Shown here piece after piece: positions 1-6,961 of a DNA stretch of 10,572 nt. The notes beneath the pieces are model-generated. The model was not told the DNA's origin. It saw only the letters and a list, made by a program, of their open reading frames with translations, and did no database searches. The position numbers and the translations under genes were made by a program. This DNA is from Myxococcales bacterium (lineage in GTDB: Bacteria; Desulfobacterota; Binatia; HRBIN30), in assembly GCA_037445065.1 (NCBI GenBank), contig JBBILD010000038.1, positions 1 to 10,572 of the forward strand, given 5' to 3'. Numbering within the stretch: position 1 is the first letter of the stretch; each line of letters begins with the position of its first letter.

Positions 1-1
1 C

Positions 2-379
2 AACCAGGGTTCGGCGTATGTGTTCGTGAAGCCGGGAACGGGCTGGGGGAACATGACCGAGACCGCCAAGCTCACCGCCTCGGATGGGGCCATGGATGAC
101 AACTTCGGCTCTTCCGTTGCCATTTCCGGCGACACGGTGGTAGTGGGGGCGCCGTTCGTCGACATCGACAGCAAAAGCAACCAGGGCTCGGCGTACGTGT
201 TCGCGAAGCCGGGAATGAATTGGGCGAACATGACCGAGAGTGCCCGACTTATCGCCGCGAATGGCGCTCTGGGCGACTCGTTTGGCTTCGCCGTTGCCAT
301 TTCCGGCCAGACGGCGGTGGCAGGGGCGCCGTTGGATGACATCGAGGCCAGCAGCGATCAGGGTTCGGCGTATGTGCTC
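2..379 (+). repeat. Intragenic FG-GAP tandem repeats (59 aa / 177 bp period)
   Basis: aac/gat-cagggytcggcgtaygtg recurs at 2, 179 and 356; two full units are visible. Confidence 0.85.
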
Positions 380-1318
380 TCCGACGTCCCCGTTACCCCT
401 ACGGAAACATCAACGGCAACGGCGGCAACGACACCGACAACAACACCAACGGAGGCGCCAACGGTGAGCCCGACAGATAGCCCGGCGGCATCCCCGACTT
501 TGTCGCCGAGTCCATCGGCTACGGCAACAGTCAGCCCCACCGGCACGCCGAGCCCGACCGCTACGGCCACTGTCTCCGCGACTCCGTCGTCGAGCCCGAC
601 GCTGACAGCCTCTGCCACGGCTACGGCCACACCGAGCCCGAGCAGCACGGCAACGTCCACGCCCACTCCAACGGCAACTCCTTCCTCAACCGCCACCTCG
701 AGCCCGACCCCGGTGGACACCGACGGCGACGGGGTGCCGGACGACGTCGAGGAGGCATGCGCCGAGGGCAAGAGCACCGACCCCAAAACCACCGCGCTGC
801 CCGCGGCCTCTGGCGGTGGCTGCGCGATCGTGGAGAGCGACTGCGACCAGCACTCCGCGGTGGCGGCGTTCTCGGCCAATCAAGTCGGCAGCGATGGCAA
901 TTTCTCGTATCCATTTGGCTTGGTCGGCTTCACGCTCCGGGGCTGCCGGAATGGGACCGCGCAGGTTCGGCTGACCTTCACCGCTGCCACGGATCTTTCT
1001 TCATTGACCTTCCGCAAGTTCGGCCCCTTGCCCCCGGGCAGCACAAACGCGGTGTTCTACACCCTGGCCGAGGTCAACCCGAGCGCGAATGTGACCATCT
1101 CCGGCAACACGGTCTCCTTCCAGTTGCAGGACGGGCAGCCGGGCGACGACACAGAGGTAGATGGGGTCATCGTGGACCAGGGCGGGCCGGCGCTGCCGAG
1201 TCCGGCAGCGGTACCGGTGTGGTCGGCACTGAGCCGCGCTCTGGCGGTGCTGGCGCTGGTGGTGGTGGGGATCGGGAGCTTGCTTTGGTCAGCGCTCCGC
1301 AAAGTCGCGCTGCGTTGA
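2..1318 (+). CDS. 5'-truncated cell-surface protein: FG-GAP (integrin-alpha-like beta-propeller) repeats, Thr/Pro/Ser-rich linker, DxDxDG Ca-binding motif, choice-of-anchor-U-like domain, C-terminal IPTL-CTERM-like sorting/TM anchor
   Basis: The frame is open from position 2 (NQGSAYVFVKPG...), so the GTG at 20 is internal. FG-GAP units (KLTASDG..D.FG.SVAISGDT.VVGAP...QGSAYVF) recur at a 177-bp period (2, 179, 356). A TPTATATPS-type linker spans about 386-712, followed by DTDGDGVPDDVE, then YPFGLVGFTL...FRKFGP...VSFQLQDGQPGDD...GVIVDQGGP. It ends VPVWS + hydrophobic helix + RKVALR. Confidence 0.9.
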   Translation, partial: NQGSAYVFVKPGTGWGNMTETAKLTASDGAMDDNFGSSVAISGDTVVVGAPFVDIDSKSNQGSAYVFAKPGMNWANMTESARLIAANGALGDSFGFAVAISGQTAVAGAPLDDIEASSDQGSAYVLSDVPVTPTETSTATAATTPTTTPTEAPTVSPTDSPAASPTLSPSPSATATVSPTGTPSPTATATVSATPSSSPTLTASATATATPSPSSTATSTPTPTATPSSTATSSPTPVDTDGDGVPDDVEEACAEGKSTDPKTTALPAASGGGCAIVESDCDQHSAVAAFSANQVGSDGNFSYPFGLVGFTLRGCRNGTAQVRLTFTAATDLSSLTFRKFGPLPPGSTNAVFYTLAEVNPSANVTISGNTVSFQLQDGQPGDDTEVDGVIVDQGGPALPSPAAVPVWSALSRALAVLALVVVGIGSLLWSALRKVALR

Positions 1319-1425
1319 TGTCGCCGCTTGCCACCACAGTGGGGAGCAACGACCACGACGCCACTAGCCCACGAGCAACAGGGAAGGCGTTGCGCCCGGG
1401 CGGCCTGAATCCCGTGTGCACCGTC

Positions 1426-1860
1426 GTAAGGGCGACCTTTCTACACCCCGCGGTGCACGGCCAGCGGGAAGCGGCACATGGCGACGGATCCGTTTGCAGC
1501 AACACCTGTGACCGGCGGTACAACGCCCCTGCGAGAAGGCGTAGGGGCGGTACTCAAGGCCGCCCGTGATGCGGTTGGGCATTCGGGTCAAACGGGAACA
1601 CGGGCAGGCACAAGGCCCGCCCCTACAAACCGATTCGGCGCCACCCGGAGCACGCCAGTGACCCGGATCGTTTCCCCCGATGGGCTGCGGCGTGACCCCA
1701 CACTGCCAGCAACAAACTGTAGGGGCGGCCCCTGTGGCCGCCCGTGGTGAGCGGCGAGCGGTGCTTGCAAGTAGCGAATGGCGAATGGGCGTACCGCCGG
1801 CACGGTGGTTCGGTCGCGGATATAGGGGCGGCCCTTGTGGCCGCCCGTGGCGAACGGCGA
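1426..1860. repeat. REP/BIME-like cluster A: 25-nt GTAG-initiated imperfect palindromes plus YGGCGAR heptamer repeats
   Basis: GTAGGGGCGGTACTCAAGGCCGCCC 1541-1565 (+); GTAGGGGCGGGCCTTGTGCCTGCCC 1602-1626 (-); GTAGGGGCGGCCCCTGTGGCCGCCC 1719-1743 (+); ATAGGGGCGGCCCTTGTGGCCGCCC 1822-1846 (+); a degenerate copy at 1426-1450. A GTAG tetranucleotide followed by a GC hairpin is the REP signature recognised by RAYT/TnpA-REP. Confidence 0.85.
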
Positions 1861-2287
1861 CACGGTGCTGCGATCAGCCACCGCGTGGTGCCTGCAAGGC
1901 ACCCGCGGTGCACGGCGCCGCGTGTTGAAGGTCGCGTTCCCGTCGGCAGGGACATTCTCGCTCGCCCGCTAGGCTTGCCCGAAGCCGCCGTGGTTCGGGC
2001 GTGCCTGCCGGCGGAACCTGAATTTCCAGAATTGAGATTTTTTAATTCACGCCTTTGCTAGCATAAGATAGCGTCGGCTAAACGTTCAGTTCAGTTTCCC
2101 ACATACCTAAGTGAGCTTCTCATCGGATCCTAGGGCCTTTTTGGGACCTCCTCACAAATCAACATCCTTTTCTTCGCGTCGGATCCGACCCATAGCGTCT
2201 TAAGTCTGAGAATCGCGAACCCACCTGAGCCGGTTAGAACGGCGGAGTCGTCCGCGAGCAGTGGGAGCGAGTGCCCCCGGGTTCTGA

Positions 2288-2303
2288 TGGCACAAATTCT
2301 GCA
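2288..2303 (+). promoter_or_regulatory. Sigma54 (RpoN) -24/-12 promoter of the molybdoenzyme operon
   Basis: TGGCAC-AAATT-CTGCA has GG (2289-2290) and GC (2301-2302) separated by exactly 10 nt, with one mismatch to TGGCAC-N5-TTGCW. Predicted +1 is about 2314, just ahead of the RBS AGGAGG (2320-2325) and the ATG at 2331. Confidence 0.75.
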
Positions 2304-2330
2304 CCGCCGCCGTCCGAAAAGGAGGCCCAC

Positions 2331-3158
2331 ATGGCGGAACAGCCTGCAGGGAAGTCGGATGGTGTCGGCGCGGCTGCCCCCTCCCGGCGGCAAGTGTTTC
2401 GCTGGCTCGGTGGAATCGCAGCGACGGTTGCCACCGAGGCGGTTCCCCGGGTGAACTCTGCAGCCAGTCGCTCCGGAGGCAATCCCAACCGGCGGTGGGG
2501 TATGGTGATCGACCTCAGGCGGTGCGTGGCGTGCAAGAGCTGCACGATCGCCTGCAAGAACGAAAACAAGACGCCCCCGGGGGTCGCCTACGGCGTCTTC
2601 ATCGAGGAGGAACACGGCGAGTATCCTCACGTGTATCGAACGGCCTTCTTCCGCCCTTGCATGCAGTGCGGAAACTCTCCGTGCACGAAAGTTTGTCCCA
2701 CGGGGGCGACCTACAAGCGAGCTGACGGAATCGTTGCGGTCGACTACGAGCGGTGCATTGGCTGCCGGTACTGTATCGCCTCTTGCCCGTACGGAGCGCG
2801 CTCGTTCGATTACGGTCACGAGTATATCGAACGCCCGGACAATCCTTACAATCAGATTCCTTCCAGCGAGTACGGGGCGAGATACGGCCTGCGCAAGAAG
2901 GGCAAATCACCAGTGGGAAACGTGCGCAAGTGCACGTTCTGCCTCCATCTGCAGGATGAGCACGGCGAATACCGGGAGCCTCCGGCGTGCGCTCGCACCT
3001 GTATGGGGCGGGCGATCCACTTTGGTGACCTGAAGGATCCCGAGGCGGTCTGTCTGGTCCACGGAGAACAGATGCGCGAGCTGCTGGCGCGGCGGGGGCA
3101 CTATCGTTTGAAGGAAGAACTCGGAAACGAACCAGCCGTGTACTACCTGCCGGCGTGA
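2331..3158 (+). CDS. 4Fe-4S dicluster (DmsB/NrfC/PsrB/TtrB-type) electron-transfer subunit with Tat signal
   Basis: ATG 2331 follows AGGAGG. Twin-arginine SRRQVF. RWGMVIDLRRCVACKSCTIACK, CMQCGNSPCTKVCPTGA, CIGCRYCIASCPY and KCTFC...PPACARTC give four cluster-binding groups. The C-terminus has LKEELGNEPAVYY. Confidence 0.95.
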   Translation: MAEQPAGKSDGVGAAAPSRRQVFRWLGGIAATVATEAVPRVNSAASRSGGNPNRRWGMVIDLRRCVACKSCTIACKNENKTPPGVAYGVFIEEEHGEYPHVYRTAFFRPCMQCGNSPCTKVCPTGATYKRADGIVAVDYERCIGCRYCIASCPYGARSFDYGHEYIERPDNPYNQIPSSEYGARYGLRKKGKSPVGNVRKCTFCLHLQDEHGEYREPPACARTCMGRAIHFGDLKDPEAVCLVHGEQMRELLARRGHYRLKEELGNEPAVYYLPA

Positions 3159-3174
3159 CGGGAAGGAGCGAGTG

Positions 3175-4455
3175 ATGGCGTCACAGTCACTGGTTGCTCG
3201 GATGGATTGGTGGCTTCGTGCCTTGGGTTCCTGCATCTTGCTCGCGGTCTCTGCGGTGGGGATCTGGGCCATAGCCGCTCGTTTCCGTGAGGGCCTGATC
3301 TTGACCCACATGACCCAGAATGTCCCGTGGGGATTATGGATCTCTCTCTACATATACTTTATCGGGTTGTCGGCGGGTTCGTTTCTGCTCTCGACCCTCA
3401 TCTACGTTTTCGGGGTACGCCGTTTCGAGCCGGCGGGAGCTCTGGCGCTGCTCCAGGCACTTGGGTGTCTCGCCCTTGGAATGGTGTTGATCTGGATCGA
3501 TTTGGGGCATCCGGAGCGGTTTTTGAACGTCTTCGTTCACTTCAACGCGACTTCGGTTCTTGCCTGGGAGGCGCTTTTATACGTGGCCTATAGCGCGATC
3601 GTGTTGGCGGAGCTCTATCTTGTTCTCCGTCCGGCCCTGGCGCAGAGGGCAGCCTCCGGAGGCGTTTCAGCGACTTGGTACCGGGTGTTCGAGTTCGGCG
3701 ACAGTTCGCTGAAAGAGCGATGGCAGCAGCGCGCCGCCGGGTGGCTACGAATGCTCGGCATCGTCGGGATTCCCGTGGCCATCGGCGTTCATGGGGGCAC
3801 CGGAGCGATTTTCGCAGTCGTGAAGTCGCGGCCCACCTGGTACAGTGGCTTGTTTCCGATCGTCTTTCTCGTATCGGCCCTGGCTTCGGGCGGCGGGCTG
3901 CTGACGTTCCTCGCCGCTGCGGCGTTGCGGATACGCGAGCGGCAGAAGCTGGATCTGGTGGGAGGGCTCGCGCGGCTGACCGTCGGCATTGTCGCCTTCG
4001 ATCTTCTCCTTTTGACCTCCGAGATCTTGGTGGTCTTCTACGGCGGAATTCCGCATCACCAAGCCGGCTGGCGAGAGATCCTTTTCGGGCCGTTTTGGTG
4101 GGTGTTTTGGTTCGTTCAGCTCGGGCTGGGGGCCCTTGTTCCGATTGCGATCGTATCTGGGCGGCGAACCAGAGACTCGCTGCCGTGGCTTGCTGTCGCC
4201 GGCTTGGCGGTCGCCGTCGGGATCATCGGGGTTCGGCTGAACATCGTGATTCCGGCGCAGATCGAGCCGCAGTTTCCCACGTTGCCAGACGCTTACCACC
4301 ATGTTCGGTTTAGCTACGGGTATTTCCCGAGCTCGAACGAATGGCTGGTTGGGCTCGGGGTGATCGCCCTCGGAATCTGGGCGTTTCTGCTGGCCCGGTC
4401 GGTGCTGCCGCTCGAGCCCGTCGAAGAAGGGGTGCACGGAAGGGGGGAGCGATGA
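3175..4455 (+). CDS. nrfD: NrfD/PsrC-family molybdoenzyme membrane anchor (quinol-interacting) subunit
   Basis: AAGGAG RBS at 3163-3168; start is ATG 3175 or GTG 3172. Motifs VPWGLWISLYIYFIGLSAG, DLGHPERF, FLVSALASG and FWWVFWFVQL, with many hydrophobic helices. The symbol marks the family only. Confidence 0.93.
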   Translation: MASQSLVARMDWWLRALGSCILLAVSAVGIWAIAARFREGLILTHMTQNVPWGLWISLYIYFIGLSAGSFLLSTLIYVFGVRRFEPAGALALLQALGCLALGMVLIWIDLGHPERFLNVFVHFNATSVLAWEALLYVAYSAIVLAELYLVLRPALAQRAASGGVSATWYRVFEFGDSSLKERWQQRAAGWLRMLGIVGIPVAIGVHGGTGAIFAVVKSRPTWYSGLFPIVFLVSALASGGGLLTFLAAAALRIRERQKLDLVGGLARLTVGIVAFDLLLLTSEILVVFYGGIPHHQAGWREILFGPFWWVFWFVQLGLGALVPIAIVSGRRTRDSLPWLAVAGLAVAVGIIGVRLNIVIPAQIEPQFPTLPDAYHHVRFSYGYFPSSNEWLVGLGVIALGIWAFLLARSVLPLEPVEEGVHGRGER

Positions 4456-6914
4456 TGAGAGCGGAATCGACGCGTCGGGAGTTCCTGGCGGGATCCGTCC
4501 TAGCCGGTGCAGGCCTCGGATCTTTGCTCTGCAGCAGAAGCTTCGAAGCGTTCGCGGCGGAAGTAGACCAGCGGTACGACATGCGCGCCGGAACCTGGGT
4601 GCCGAGCTGCTGCAATATGTGCGGCGGGCAGACGGGAATTCTCTGTCAGGTCGTCGAGGGACGGGTCGTACGAATTAAGCCGAATCCGTACAACCCGATC
4701 GGGTTCACGAACGTCTCGGACGACTTCTTTGCGAACTGTGCCAGGGAAGGGCCGGTGATGTGCCCGAAGGGCAACGCTGGGATCATGACTCTCTATGATC
4801 CGGATCGTCTGGCACGGCCGGTCCGCCGGACGAACCCGAACAAGGGGATCGGGATCGACCCGGGATGGAAGGAAATCACCTGGGAAGAGGCCCTCGACGA
4901 GATCACCGGACGGCTCAAGGCCTTGCGCGACGCGGGGACGCCAGAGGCACTTCTCTGGTTTTCCGAAGACCACAGTTTCACCCACATCCAAGCCGACTTC
5001 TGCCAGCTCTTCGGTACGCCTAACTACAGCATGCACTCGAGCCTCTGCGATACGTCTCGGAAAGCGAGCTTTCGCCTCGTCGTGGGGGATGAGCGGCCGC
5101 TGATGGATGCGATTCACTCGCGCTACATCCTCCTGTTCGGCTGGAACCCCGTGGGAGCCACGAAATGGTCACACCTTCCCCGGATCCTTACTCGGGCGCG
5201 GGAGCACGGGGCAAAGCTGGTCGTGGTGGATCCGTATTTTAGTGCGACCGCGCGGAAAGCGGACGAATGGATCCCCATCCGGCCCGGCACGGATGGGGCG
5301 ATGGCTCTGGCCATGGCCCACGTGATCATCCAGGAGGGCTTGTACGACCGGGAATTCGTCGAAAACTGGACTTACGGGTTCGACCGCTTTGCCGATTACG
5401 TGCGAGACAAGACGCCCGAGTGGGCGGAGCAAATCACCTCGGTTCCGGCGACGACGATCGCTCGGATTGCTCGTGAATTCGCGACCACCCAACCCGCGGT
5501 TGTGGATGCGTGGTCCGGACCGGGCCAGCATTCGAACGCGGTACTCGGCGGCGCAGCGATCGCGTGCGTGGCGGCACTCACAGGAGGCTACGACCGTCCC
5601 GGCACTCTGCATCTACCGGACGCGCGCGGAAACAAGCATGTGGACCTGGATGCGGACAAGCCGAAGGCTCCGCGCTTCGCCGACGACGACAAGCGATACC
5701 CAATGTTCCACAAGTCGGGCGTCTACTGTGAGATCTTTCGTCGCCTGGCCGAGGGGACGGGCAATTATCCGGCGAAGGTAGGGGTGATCGTGTTCCAAAA
5801 CCCGATGATGTCCGTACCGGGGACGCAGACCGTCGCCAAAGCGTTGGCGAAGCTGGAATTTCTCGTGGTGAACGACATCTTTTTGTCCGAGACGGCGCAG
5901 CTTGCCGACATCGTCCTCCCCGGCACGGTCTACTTAGAACGGTACGACTGGAACACCCACTGGGTGACGTGGCCCGCGCTCGGGCTGCGGCAGCCGGTTG
6001 TGAAGCCGTTGTTCGGGCAACCCACGGAGTACGAGTTCGTGATCGAGCTCGGGCGGCGCCTGAACCTTCGCGATCGCAGCGGAAAGGAGTTTTTCTGGAT
6101 CGGGCCCCTCTCGGGGAAGCGAATCGAAAGCCCGACCGAGTGGTACGAAGAGTACCTCTCGAGGGAGTCCCTGGAAGGAGCACCGAAAATGACGCTCGAG
6201 CAGATCAAGGCCTTGCCAGGTGCGACGTGGGTCGACTCAAGGGGCACGAGGTACCGGAAGTACGCGGAGCCGATCCCGCCGGAAAAGATGGCGACGGCCG
6301 TGGTGGTGAAAATTCAGGTAGGCGAGCTTGAAGTGGAGCAAATCTACGACAAGCCCAAGGAGGCCGGGGGGAAACGGATCGGCACGTGGTTGGGCGGGCG
6401 AGCGGTGCGAGGCTTTTTCACGCCGACCGGCAAAGTGGAATTTGTCCTGACGGCGCTCGCCGGGAAAAAGGATGCCGAGGGAAGAGAGTGTCCGGACCTT
6501 CCCGTGTACGAGCCGCGCGACTGGCAGCCGAACGAGGAGTATCCCCTTTACTTGATCAACTGGAAGGAGAGCACGCACACCCACACGCGCACGCAGAACA
6601 ACCGCTGGCTGGTGGAGCTGAAGCCGGACAACCCTCTCCAGATCCATCGCAAGACCGCTGAGCGGCTGGGGATTGCCGAGGGGGACACGGTGTGGGTCGA
6701 GTCGAGGTATGGTAGGGTCCGGGCGAGAGCGCACCTGACCGAGGAAATCCACCCCGAGGTCGTGGGGCTGCAGCACGGTTTCGGGCACTGGGCCCTCGGT
6801 GAGGTGGCCCAGGGGCGAGGCACGTCGGACAGCGCCCTTCGGCCCACCCGAGCCGAACCCATCAGCGGACAGGCGATGCACAAGCAGTGCTGCGTGCGTG
6901 TGTACCGAGCCTGA
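4452..6914 (+). CDS. Molybdopterin (bis-MGD) oxidoreductase catalytic subunit, DMSO reductase superfamily, Psr/Phs/Arr/Ttr-related, Tat-exported
   Basis: ATG 4452 overlaps the upstream stop (ATGA) after GGGAG. Tat motif TRREFL. Fe-S region CCNMC...MCPKG and LYDPDRL. GTPNYSMHSSLC places a Cys at the Mo-ligand position. Further motifs are VVVDP, ADEWIPIRPGTDGA and DIFLSETAQLADIVLPGTVYLER, plus a C-terminal MGD-binding domain (HTHTRTQNN...LGIAEGD.V.VES...HGFGH). Confidence 0.96.
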   Translation: MMRAESTRREFLAGSVLAGAGLGSLLCSRSFEAFAAEVDQRYDMRAGTWVPSCCNMCGGQTGILCQVVEGRVVRIKPNPYNPIGFTNVSDDFFANCAREGPVMCPKGNAGIMTLYDPDRLARPVRRTNPNKGIGIDPGWKEITWEEALDEITGRLKALRDAGTPEALLWFSEDHSFTHIQADFCQLFGTPNYSMHSSLCDTSRKASFRLVVGDERPLMDAIHSRYILLFGWNPVGATKWSHLPRILTRAREHGAKLVVVDPYFSATARKADEWIPIRPGTDGAMALAMAHVIIQEGLYDREFVENWTYGFDRFADYVRDKTPEWAEQITSVPATTIARIAREFATTQPAVVDAWSGPGQHSNAVLGGAAIACVAALTGGYDRPGTLHLPDARGNKHVDLDADKPKAPRFADDDKRYPMFHKSGVYCEIFRRLAEGTGNYPAKVGVIVFQNPMMSVPGTQTVAKALAKLEFLVVNDIFLSETAQLADIVLPGTVYLERYDWNTHWVTWPALGLRQPVVKPLFGQPTEYEFVIELGRRLNLRDRSGKEFFWIGPLSGKRIESPTEWYEEYLSRESLEGAPKMTLEQIKALPGATWVDSRGTRYRKYAEPIPPEKMATAVVVKIQVGELEVEQIYDKPKEAGGKRIGTWLGGRAVRGFFTPTGKVEFVLTALAGKKDAEGRECPDLPVYEPRDWQPNEEYPLYLINWKESTHTHTRTQNNRWLVELKPDNPLQIHRKTAERLGIAEGDTVWVESRYGRVRARAHLTEEIHPEVVGLQHGFGHWALGEVAQGRGTSDSALRPTRAEPISGQAMHKQCCVRVYRA

Positions 6915-6961
6915 GCCGGTGCGGACAGGAACAAACTCACCGGGCAACGGGAGACCAGAAA

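Noticed and set aside
1541..1846. REP copies read as a CRISPR array
   Set aside because: Orientations are mixed, spacing is irregular (36-92 bp), the copies diverge, the linkers recur elsewhere and there are no cas genes. The GTAG-plus-hairpin form fits REPs.
1364..2061. Short ORFs across the left repeat cluster (e.g. 1478-1750, 1744-2061, 1588-1902)
   Set aside because: They are translations of REP palindromes (VGAALVAAR / GGHKGRPY-type peptides) with no convincing RBS or domain.
2157..2169. IHF site AATCAACATCCTT
   Set aside because: It matches WATCAA but not the TTR end, and it lies upstream of the main candidate activator palindrome rather than between it and the promoter.
2100..2330. 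Moco/Tuco riboswitch-like leader
   Set aside because: Only scattered words (CCTAAG, GAAAAGGAG) resemble the motif. I could not build the multi-stem fold, and the sigma54 promoter predicts a leader of about 17 nt.
4452..6914. Selenocysteine in the catalytic subunit, or assignment as arrA/ttrA/psrA
   Set aside because: There is no in-frame TGA and the ligand codon at 5046 is TGC (Cys). The diagnostic motifs are mixed, so no gene symbol is justified.
2271..6961. ORF-track starts at 2271, 4341 and 6887
   Set aside because: Better starts with an RBS and an immediately following signal peptide are at 2331, 4452 and 6962. The 2271 start also lies upstream of the sigma54 promoter.
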